A DNA stretch of 63,972 bases, counting the filler, from Licmophora abbreviata (taxonomy: Eukaryota): NCBI GenBank assembly GCA_900291995.1. It is 15 parts of 15 records of this genome, joined end to end, with 100 filler letters (N's around TTAATTAATTAA, not from the genome) between each part and the next. Parts side by side here need not be neighbours in the genome. Positions count along the whole stretch, not along the records: positions 53,481 to 57,202 come from OLMU01001023.1; positions 57,303 to 58,746 come from OLMU01001024.1; positions 58,847 to 60,960 come from OLMU01001025.1; positions 61,061 to 62,295 come from OLMU01001030.1; positions 62,396 to 63,972 come from OLMU01001034.1; 10 more parts are not named here. One strand, written 5' to 3'. The notes below the pieces were generated by a model. It made no database searches. It was not told where the DNA came from and worked only from the letters and a program-made list of their open reading frames with translations. Below are positions 55,038 to 63,972 of this stretch, in pieces. A program made the position numbers and the translations under genes. How positions within the stretch are numbered: the first letter of the stretch is position 1; the number at the start of each line of letters is the position of its first letter.

Positions 55038-58000
55038 CGCGGCTCGCGAAGGCCGCGTTGCCTCGAAAGACCCAACTGTCCAACACGGTCTTTTTCGAAA
55101 TCTTCTGTCCAGCGTGAAAACCCGTCTGATGGTCGCATTCCTGGCCATCAGCTTCTTCGCGATCTCCGCAGCGGCCCTTGGCATGTGGTCGCTTGCACGG
55201 GTGGACAGTTCGTTGCGGGTCGTCACCGATGTGCGCATTCCTGAAACCCTGACACTGACCGATGTCGCCCGGCAAACCCAGCAGGTATTGCGCGCCGCGC
55301 CGGCCTTGTTGATTGTCAGCGACGAGGAACAGCGCAGCGCGACGTCAGCGCGTGTGCTCAAAGAAACCGACCAGTTGAGCCGGTTGATTTCACAGGTAAA
55401 CGCCGCGGAGCCGCGTGTCATCTTCGAGGCCTTCCACTCAAATCTTATGACACTCGACGCATTGGTCGAAAGACGCCTTGCCACCAGCAATCAGCGCGAA
55501 AGCGTTTATGGACGGCTTATCAAGGCCTCTGACGTGGCCGCGCGCCTCGTATCAGCTGCGGAACGTATTCTGGGTGGCCAGCTCAGTGAATGGAACACAG
55601 GCGATGCGGCGGACGCCGCAGAACTGACGGACCGGCAGGTTCAGTTGTCGCAAAGCATTATCGGAATGCTGCCGCAAATCGACCTTCTCACGAAGATCGG
55701 AGACCTGAAATCTGCGCTGCAACGGGTATCGGAGGCCACAACGGAGGAAGAAATCGATGTCCTCGCATTTGGCCTGCAGCGCGCCATTCTCGATGTGGAA
55801 GACGTCGCCAACGTGGTGCCCGACAGGGCTCGGTCCCGGCTCTTGCGGCAAGTGGACATCCTTAAAGACCTGATCGCGGGAGACTCGGGGTTGCCGGCGC
55901 TCAGAAAACAGGAACTTCGCCTGATCGCTGAAGCCGAACGCGCATTGGCAATCAATGCAAGCTTGTCCGTCGAATTGAGCGAAAGCGTCGACCGTCTGGT
56001 TGTAGCGGCCAAGGCCGAGATCGAGCAGGCCAAGTCCGAGGCGACAACGGTGACCAAGCGCAACACGGTGATCCTGCAGGGAATGGGGGCCGCAAGCGTT
56101 CTGTTCTCCGTGTTGATCGGGTGGCTCTATGTAAGCCGCGATCTGATTGCACGTCTGGTCGGATTGTCGCGCAGCATGTTGTCGATCGCGGACGGCAAGC
56201 TTGATGTTGATTTGCCGGAAGCCGACAGCAACGACGAGATCGGGCAAATGGCGGCGGCGCTCACGGTGTTTCGCGACACGGCCGCGGAAGTTCAGAGGTC
56301 GAATCTGTTCGAGATCCGAACGGCGCGGCAGCGCTTGCAGGAGGCGATCCGCAGCCTGTCCCAAGGCTTTGCGCTGTTCGATCAGGACGGTGGGCTTCTC
56401 ATCTGCAATGCCCGATACCGCGAGATCATGCTCGGCGACGTGCAGCCCCTTGAAGAGGGAATACCGTTTGCCTGGATCGCTGCGAAAGCCGCAGACTCCG
56501 GCCGGTTCCTCGCCGCCGCGGATGATCCCGACGCCTGGCGACGGGCCCTTCTGGCGTCCTTCCGGTCAGGGGCGCACACGTCAAACGAACGGTTCGACAC
56601 GGATCAATGGGCGCAAGTAACAGTTCGGAGTGCGGGCGAGGTGGGAACGGTGGTGGTCCTGTCCGACATCACCGAACTCAAGCGCATATCGGACGAACTG
56701 CTTGTGGCAAAGGACGAAGCCGAAGCGGCCAATCACGCGAAGAGCACCTTCCTGGCGTCCATGAGCCACGAAATTCGTACCCCTTTGAATGGGATCATGG
56801 GGATGTCGGCGCTGCTCAAGGGCACGCGCATGGATGCGGAACAACGCGATTTTGCCGCGACGATCAACGAAGCGGCCGAAACGCTGTTGACGATCATCAA
56901 TGACATCCTCGACTTTTCTAAAGTCGAGGCCGGCGCAATGGAGCTTGAAAAAGCGCCGGTGGATCTGGTCGATGCGGTTGAGAGCGCAGTTGAATTGCTG
57001 GCACCCAAGGCCCGGGAAAAAGGCATCGTGCTTGCCTGTCGCCTGTCGCCCGACACACCACCCGCTATCTTGAGCGACAGCGTCCGACTGAAGCAGATCC
57101 TCCTGAACCTTCTGAATAACGCCATCAAGTTCACGGACGCGGGCGAGGTCGCCGTGTCTGTCGAAAGGATCGCGCCGGAAACCGGCGCGGACTGGTTGCA
57201 GANNNNNNNNNNNNNNNNNNNNNNNNNNNNNNNNNNNNNNNNNNNNTTAATTAATTAANNNNNNNNNNNNNNNNNNNNNNNNNNNNNNNNNNNNNNNNNN
57301 NNCACGGATCGGATGGATCGATTGTTCAAGTCCTTCAGCCAGGTCGATGCTTCCACCACCCGGCGTTTTGGCGGTACTGGTCTGGGGCTGGTGATCACGC
57401 AAAGGATCACCACGTTGATGGGTGGCGAAATAGAGGTAGCAAGCACGCCGAGTGTCGGCTCCGTTTTCACCCTCAAGCTGCCATTCGAGGCGGCTGCACT
57501 GCCCCCATCGCACCGGCTCGACGACTTATTGGCATTGGTCAGGCATCGCCGCATCCTGATCGTGGACGACCATAGGACGAATCTGACAATCCTGGCCGAA
57601 CGCTTGCTGAGCTGGGATATGACACCCGAACTCGCCGACCATCCGGATACGGCGGTGGCCTTGCTGCGGGCCGGGCATTCGTTCGACGCCATCATCACCG
57701 ACTTCAAGATGCCTGGCCGGACCGGGCTGCAAATGGCAATCGATATCCGTCAGGAATTCGGCGACCGGGCCCCGCCGATGATCTTGTATAGTTCGGTTTC
57801 GCTTCTCGATCCGGCGATGCGGGCGCAGTTTGAAAGCGCAGGCTTCAATGCGCATCTGATGAAGCCAGCCAAAACGCACAGATTGCTAAACTCGCTTGTC
57901 AACGCAATCTGCCCAGATGCTGACAAGCCAGCCCTGGTCTCGGAGCCGTCTCGGTTTGATTGGTCCAAAATCCGGGCCGAGGACAACCTGAGTATCCTGC

Positions 58001-58392
58001 TCGTGGATGACAATGCGATCAACCGCAAGATCGGGGTCCAGATCCTCAAGCGCCTCGGGCTTCACGCGACCGTGGTGACCAGTGGCGCCGAGGCGTTGAC
58101 TGCCTGCGACGAAGCGTCGTTCGACGTGGTGTTCATGGATATCGAAATGCCCGACATGGACGGGGTGACCACGACCGAGAAGTTGCGCGAACAGCTGGCC
58201 GAGCGACGTCACCCCTATGTCGTGGCGCTGACCGCCAACGCCATGGTGTCGGACAGGGAGAGCTATCTGCAATCGGGGATGGATGACTATCTGAGCAAGC
58301 CGATAGACATCGAGAAACTCACCGCTTGCCTGAGCCGGGCGTGGGATCGGGTACAAAACCAGCCCGGCGATGCAAGCGTGCAAGCGGGGTAG
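55021..58392 (+). CDS. hybrid sensor kinase: TM, TorS-like helical periplasmic domain, TM, HAMP, PAS, HisKA, HATPase, REC, REC (gap inside HATPase; start uncertain)
   Basis: DEIGQMAAAL, FALFDQDGGLLICNARY, MSHEIRTPLNG, NLLNNAIKFT, FGGTGLGL, ITDFKMP, FMDIEMP. Confidence 0.92.
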
Positions 58393-58398
58393 CACAAA

Positions 58399-58887
58399 AT
58401 GGGCGACCACATCGACCTGACAGCCTTGAGGAGACTCAAGAACATGATCGGGGGCAATCCGGCCGATCTCGCGGAGCTGATCGATGACTTTGTAGCCGCC
58501 CTGCCGGGGCAGGTGCAGGCGCTGCATGACCATGCAGGCAACGGCGATCTCGGCGCGCTGCGGATCGCTGCCCACAGCTGTAAATCGAACGCCCGGGACT
58601 TGGGTGCGACGCGCCTCGCCGATCTCTGTGCCCGGCTCGAAACCGAATGCGCCGCGGGGGAGGTGACGGAGCTACCCGCGCAATTGGCGCGGATTGCCGA
58701 AGCGGGTGAGGCGGCCTTGTCCGGCTATTCGAAGCTGGATCTCTTCNNNNNNNNNNNNNNNNNNNNNNNNNNNNNNNNNNNNNNNNNNNNTTAATTAATT
58801 AANNNNNNNNNNNNNNNNNNNNNNNNNNNNNNNNNNNNNNNNNNNNCCTTGTCCGGCTATTCGAAGCTGGATCTCTTCCGTGTCTGA
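58399..58887 (+). CDS. Hpt phosphotransfer protein (32-bp contig overlap at gap)
   Basis: AAHSCKSNARDLGA; ends KLDLFRV*. Confidence 0.9.
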
Positions 58888-60406
58888 CATGAGCGCTGCG
58901 AGAATCTTGATCATCGACGACAACCTGATCAACCGCAAGAAACTGCGGCTGGCGGTGCGCAGTCTGGGATACGATGCCGAAACGGCGGAGGATGGGGCGG
59001 CGGGGCTCAATGCCCTAAAAACCGGACCCTTCGACGCGATCCTGTTGGACATCCTGATGCCCGGTATGGACGGGTTCGAGGTTCTCAAGCGCCTCAAATC
59101 CGACGCGGTGCTGCGGGATCTGCCGGTCATTGTGGTGTCTGACCTTGAGGGCGACACGAAGAGCGTCTCTGCCGCGATCGAGATGGGGGCAGAGGATTTT
59201 CTGCCCAAAAGCTTCGATCCGGTGATCCTGAACGCGCGGCTGAAGGCCTGTTTACGCAAGAAGCAGTTCCGCGATCGGGAGCTTGAGTATTTTCGCAGGA
59301 TCAACGCGTTGACGAATGCGGCGGAGCGGGTCGAGACAGGCCTGTTTGACGAAGAGAGCCTGAACCTCGCCGCGGAGGCCCGCAACAACGACCCGATCGG
59401 CCGTCTGGCCATGGTCTTTCAGGGCATGGCCAACGAAATTCATACCCGCGAGGTCAAGCTGCTGCGTCGCATCCAGACGCTTCAATGCAGCATATTGTTG
59501 CTGATCTGCGGTGGCCTTGCGGGGTTGTATCCGTCCTTGTCCAGATTGGCCGCCGGGTTCGGCGCAAACCCTATCGGGATGTCGTTCTGGGTCGGCCTGT
59601 TCGCGGCCGGCATCTGCACGGTGCTCGTCCTGTTTCGTGGCGGTCTGCCGAAACTGTCACGCAGCGACGTCCTGTTCTTTATCGTTTGGGCCTTCGTGGT
59701 CGGTATTCTGCAACAAATCTCCATCTTTGTGCTGTCTGGACATGTGCAGGCAACATATCTCACGCTGGTGCTCGCGCTTGAGGGCCTTCTGGTCTTCGCT
59801 TTTGCAGCTCTCATGCGGCTCGAAGACATCGTTCCAATGCGCATCCTTGGCTTGTTGGTAGGTCTTGTCGGTGTCGGCATCAGCCTGTCCGAGCGTATGA
59901 ACGGAAACAGCGCAGACGCGAACTTCTGGTTGCTCGCCTCGTTCGTTGCGCCCGTCTTCTTTGCCTTCGAAACGATTGCGGTGGCTGCCAAGCGCCCCGA
60001 ACACATCGATCCGGTTGGCGCAGTGGGCATCATGTTCGCATTCTCGACCATCCTGGCCTTCGCCCTTGCCTTGGGGACCGGAAACATCATCGCGCCCGAA
60101 AAGCTGCTTTCGCCCTTGGGCGCAACGCTTGCGGCGCTGGCCTTTGTCACCGTCGGGACCAATGTCACGTTCTTTATTCTTCTCAAGTTGGGCGGCGGCG
60201 TGTTCACCAGCCAGAAAGCCTACGTGACCGCCCTGGCCGGGGTGCTTTGGGGCATCGTCCTGCTGGGCGAGACCATGTCTTCCCTGGCCTGGGGTGCGAT
60301 CGCGTTGGTTCTGCTTGGAATGTACCTGGTGGGCGCCAAGACCTCGAACGAACCGATCACCATCAAGCGCAACTTCGGGGTCCAGGCCAATGACACACAG
60401 ACATGA
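58880..60406 (+). CDS. fusion of receiver domain, HAMP-like helix and 10-TM EamA/DMT transporter
   Basis: IIDD/LLDILMP/VVS/LPK receiver residues; DPIGRLAMVFQGMA; ten hydrophobic helices in two repeats (..MRLE..RILGLLVGLVGV and ..LLGE..AWGAIALVLLGMYL). Confidence 0.88.
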   Translation: MSDMSAARILIIDDNLINRKKLRLAVRSLGYDAETAEDGAAGLNALKTGPFDAILLDILMPGMDGFEVLKRLKSDAVLRDLPVIVVSDLEGDTKSVSAAIEMGAEDFLPKSFDPVILNARLKACLRKKQFRDRELEYFRRINALTNAAERVETGLFDEESLNLAAEARNNDPIGRLAMVFQGMANEIHTREVKLLRRIQTLQCSILLLICGGLAGLYPSLSRLAAGFGANPIGMSFWVGLFAAGICTVLVLFRGGLPKLSRSDVLFFIVWAFVVGILQQISIFVLSGHVQATYLTLVLALEGLLVFAFAALMRLEDIVPMRILGLLVGLVGVGISLSERMNGNSADANFWLLASFVAPVFFAFETIAVAAKRPEHIDPVGAVGIMFAFSTILAFALALGTGNIIAPEKLLSPLGATLAALAFVTVGTNVTFFILLKLGGGVFTSQKAYVTALAGVLWGIVLLGETMSSLAWGAIALVLLGMYLVGAKTSNEPITIKRNFGVQANDTQT

Positions 60407-60960
60407 CAAACCGGTCGTCCTCATCGTGGATGATACGTCCTTCAACCGCAAGAAACTGAGCGCGGTGCTGGCGGACCTTGGGCTGGAGGCGGTGCTGGCC
60501 GAGGACGGTCAGGCGGGTCTGGACCAGATGCGCAGGCGGGCGTTTGATCTGGTCCTTCTGGACATCGTCATGCCGGGCAAAGACGGCTTTGACGTGCTGT
60601 GCGAGGTGCGCGGCGATGCAAACCTGCACGAGACCCCGATCCTTGTGATCTCTGCGGTCGAGCAGACCGACGAGATCGCCCGTGCGCTCGACCTTGGCGC
60701 GATTGACTTTCTGCCCAAAACGGTTGATCCGCAAATCTTTCGGGCGCGGGTTCTGGGGGCCATCGAAAAGAAACGAATGCGCGATCTTGAGCTGTCCTAT
60801 TTTCACGATGTGGCCCGGCTGACCTCTGCCGCGCATCTGATCCGCGCAGGCCAGACCGACCCCATGGCGCTTGATCTGGACCCGGTGACGCGGCGCGGCG
60901 ATGGGCTGGGCAACCTGGCGCAGGTCTTTGCCGATCTCGCTACCGCCGTCTACAAACGCG
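60390..60960 (+). CDS. paralogous receiver plus HAMP-like protein, 3' end lost in gap
   Basis: IVDD/LLDIVMP/VIS/LPK; linker colinear with that of the upstream gene. Confidence 0.88.
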
Positions 60961-61061
60961 NNNNNNNNNNNNNNNNNNNNNNNNNNNNNNNNNNNNNNNN
61001 NNNNTTAATTAATTAANNNNNNNNNNNNNNNNNNNNNNNNNNNNNNNNNNNNNNNNNNNNG

Positions 61062-61253
61062 CGCGAGGGGGGATCGGCGCAGAAAGCGTTGATCGACGAT
61101 TTGCCGCTGTTTTCCGCCGTTCCAGCCCCCCCGCCGCAGGTTATCCGGGCGTCAGGCGTGGAAAAACGGCTGGCGGATATCCTGCCGGACGAATTGACCC
61201 CGCGCGAGGCGCTGGACCTGATCTATGAATTGAAGGGGCTTGCGCAAGGCTAG
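61062..61253 (+). CDS. mutS: MutS C-terminal end
   Basis: LIDDLPLF...PDELTPREALDLIYELK; convergent with grpE. Confidence 0.85.
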   Translation, partial: REGGSAQKALIDDLPLFSAVPAPPPQVIRASGVEKRLADILPDELTPREALDLIYELKGLAQG

Positions 61254-61279
61254 GCCGGGCCGGGAGCCCGACCCGATCC

Positions 61280-61840
61280 TTAGCCGTGGTTCGAGGACAC
61301 GCCGACTTGCGCGGGGCGCAGGATACGGTCGTGCAGCATGAACCCTTCGGTCGACACCTGAATGATATCGCCCGCCTTGGTGCCCGGAAGCGGCGCTTCG
61401 AACATCGCTTCGTGCTGCTGGGGGTCGAACCTATCGCCGACTTCGGGCGTAATCCGGGTGATGCCATGACGCGAGAAAACGTTGAGCAATTCCCGCATCG
61501 TCAGTTCGACACCTTCGAGCAAGGCGGCGGAAACCTGTTTCTGCTCTTCGGTGGCGGCTTCGAGCGCGCGTTTCATGTTGTCATAGACCGGCAGCATGTC
61601 GCGGGCCAGCTTGGAACCACCGTAGTTTTCAGCCTCGCGGCGGTCTTTCTCGCTGCGCTTGCGGGCGTTTTCAGCATCCGCCAGCGCACGCATGAACCTG
61701 TCCTGCAGCGCATCGCGTTCGGCGCGCAGGGTTTCGATTTCGGCGTCGATATCCGAGATCTCCTCGTTGGCGAGGGCGTGTTCCTCGGCTTCGGCCTGTT
61801 CGATGTCGTCAAGGAAATCTTCGTTCTTCGGCTCTGCCAT
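61280..61840 (-). CDS. grpE: nucleotide exchange factor GrpE
   Basis: RALADAENARKR, FDPQQHEAM, RILRPAQV. Confidence 0.96.
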   Translation of the reverse strand: MAEPKNEDFLDDIEQAEAEEHALANEEISDIDAEIETLRAERDALQDRFMRALADAENARKRSEKDRREAENYGGSKLARDMLPVYDNMKRALEAATEEQKQVSAALLEGVELTMRELLNVFSRHGITRITPEVGDRFDPQQHEAMFEAPLPGTKAGDIIQVSTEGFMLHDRILRPAQVGVSSNHG

Positions 61841-61849
61841 ATTTCACCT

Positions 61850-62295
61850 CTAGCTCCGGTCCGCGATCAGTTTTCCGACCAGTTGCGCCGTGTAGTCCAC
61901 GATCGGCACGATGCGTCCATAGTTCAGGCGGGTGGGACCGATGACGCCCACCGCACCAATGATCTTTCGGTCAGCGTTCATATAAGGAGAGACCACCAGA
62001 GAGGAACCCGAAAGTGAGAAAAGTTTGTTCTCGGAGCCGATAAAAATGCGCACACCCTCGCCTTCATCGGCCAGTTCGAGGAATTCGGCGATATCACGCT
62101 TGCGTTCGAGATCATCAAAGAGGGTGCGGATGCGGTCCAGATCCTGTTCTTCGGTCTCGGCATCGAGCAGATTCGCGCGGCCCCGCACGATCAGGCGCTC
62201 ATAGGTGTCGCCCTCGCCATCCCAGACGGCAAGGCCGCTTTCCACCAGATCGCGCGCCAGTTTGTCGATTTCCTGTCGCCGCTCGGCGATCTGTT
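61850..62295 (-). CDS. hrcA: heat-inducible repressor HrcA, 3' part
   Basis: IFIGSEN, GVIGPTRLNY. Confidence 0.93.
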
Positions 62296-62395
62296 NNNNN
62301 NNNNNNNNNNNNNNNNNNNNNNNNNNNNNNNNNNNNNNNTTAATTAATTAANNNNNNNNNNNNNNNNNNNNNNNNNNNNNNNNNNNNNNNNNNNN

Positions 62396-63516
62396 TCCTC
62401 TTTCCGTGTACCGGATTTCAGGATGTCTATGGCGGGGAACACGCGCTTGTCGGCAATCTTGCGATCGAGCACGATTTCCGAGTTACCGGTTCCCTTGAAT
62501 TCTTCGAAGATCACCTCGTCCATGCGGCTGCCGGTGTCGATCAACGCGGTGGATATGATGGTGAGCGAGCCGCCTTCTTCGATATTCCGGGCCGCGCCAA
62601 AGAACCGCTTGGGACGCTGAAGGGCGTTTGCGTCAACGCCGCCGGTCAGAACTTTGCCCGAGGACGGGACGACGGTGTTATAAGCCCTACCAAGTCTTGT
62701 GATCGAATCGAGTAAGATAACAACATCTCGTTTATGCTCGACCAGACGTTTGGCCTTTTCAATGACCATTTCAGCAACGGCCACGTGGCGCGCCGCGGGT
62801 TCATCGAAGGTCGAGCTGATGACTTCGCCCTTTACCGAGCGCTGCATGTCGGTGACTTCTTCCGGGCGTTCATCGATCAGAAGCACGATCAGATAGCAAT
62901 CGGGATGGTTCTTTTCGATGCTGTTAGCGATGGTCTGCAAGAGAACCGTCTTACCGGTACGCGGCGGCGCGACGATCAGAGAACGCTGGCCCTTGCCGAT
63001 GGGCGCCACAAGGTCGATCACCCGCGGCGAGCGATCCTTGATCGTCGGATCCTCGACTTCCATCTTGAGGCGCTCATCAGGATAGAGCGGTGTCAGGTTG
63101 TCAAAAGCGATCTTGTGCTTGGCGCGCTCGGGATCCTGGAAATTGATCTGCTTGACCGTGGTCAGCGCAAAGTAGCGCTCGTTTTCTTCGGGCGCGCGAA
63201 TTTCACCTTCGATCGTATCACCGGTGCGCAGGGAAAACTGCCGGATCGTTTCCGGCGAAACATAGATGTCATCGGGGCCGGGCAGGTAATTCGCCTCGGG
63301 AGAACGCAGGAACCCAAAACCGTCCTGAAGCACCTCGAGCACGCCATCGCCGAAGACAGTCCAACCTTCGTCCGCGCGTTCGCGGAGGATCTGGAACATC
63401 ATCTCGCCTTTGCGCATGGTCGAGGCGTTCTCGATCTCAAGCTCTTCGGCCATGGCAAGCAGATCCTTGGCGCTGGTCGCCTTGAGATCACACAGGTTCA
63501 AACGGTCTTCGGACAT
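62396..63516 (-). CDS. rho: transcription termination factor Rho (3' end in gap)
   Basis: [32 protein letters not shown]. Confidence 0.97.
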
Positions 63517-63645
63517 GGGGAAATCCTTGGGCATGACAAGCCAGCGGATGCAAAGCGTCATGTCAGTGTCATGAATTGGAAACGGGCCACCCGGACGGGT
63601 GCTTGGCCGCTACATACGCATAGCGCATGCACGAGTCAACGATAC

Positions 63646-63972
63646 TCAGAATTTGATGATGATGGCGAGCACGATCACGACCATCAAAACGGTCGGTACC
63701 TCGTTCATCATGCGGTACTGACGGCCCGTCAATTGATTGCGCCCGGCGAGGAAATCCTTGCGCCGAAGACCAAGCCAATGATGAAACCATGTCATTGCCA
63801 GAATGGCGCCACCCTTGGCATAGGGCCAGATCGCGGACCAGTCGATAATACCCGGTGTGAACACCATCATCAGTCCGAAGACCCAGGATGCGATCATCGC
63901 CGGGGTCATGATGACCCTCAAAAGCTTGAGCTCCATCGTCTGAAACACTTCATCGCGGCTGTCGCCCGGAGA
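63646..63972 (-). CDS. hemJ: protoporphyrinogen oxidase HemJ, 3' part
   Basis: IMTPAM, RMMNEVPT; upstream of rho. Confidence 0.88.
   Translation of the reverse strand, partial: SPGDSRDEVFQTMELKLLRVIMTPAMIASWVFGLMMVFTPGIIDWSAIWPYAKGGAILAMTWFHHWLGLRRKDFLAGRNQLTGRQYRMMNEVPTVLMVVIVLAIIIKF

Overview
This is a draft scaffold from a GC-rich alphaproteobacterium; gene content and order look like Rhodobacteraceae (Roseobacter group). Fourteen 100-bp artificial gaps (N44-TTAATTAATTAA-N44) break several genes. Some join overlapping contig ends and others hide kilobases. Most of the window is core chromosome: gltB/gltD, uppP, tRNA-Leu(CAG), rnd-lptCAB-hpf-ptsN, a cysQ-kdsB-galU-galE-GT2-GT14-sulfotransferase surface-glycan cluster with a frameshifted ABC-2 permease, dnaKJ-radC, secA, argJ-mutT, rimP-nusA-infB, pip/ubiG, comF, hemH, L,D-transpeptidases, cca, hslO, ilvA, argG, mutS, grpE, hrcA, rho and hemJ. 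The standout is an accessory locus after an IS6 element (53.9-61.0 kb). It encodes an orphan LivK-like periplasmic binding protein, a TorS-like hybrid histidine kinase, an Hpt protein, a receiver domain fused through a HAMP-like helix to a complete 10-TM EamA/DMT transporter, and a paralogous receiver cut off by a gap. No DNA-binding output is visible, so I infer a phosphorelay that acts directly on a metabolite transporter. Secondary signals are an 11-bp phased repeat at two intergenic sites, CtrA-like boxes at radC, comF and the REC-PP2C gene, a rimP leader terminator, a MITE-like element at hemH, and an apparent GC-skew switch near 40-50 kb. All family assignments come from reading motifs by eye, with no database searches.
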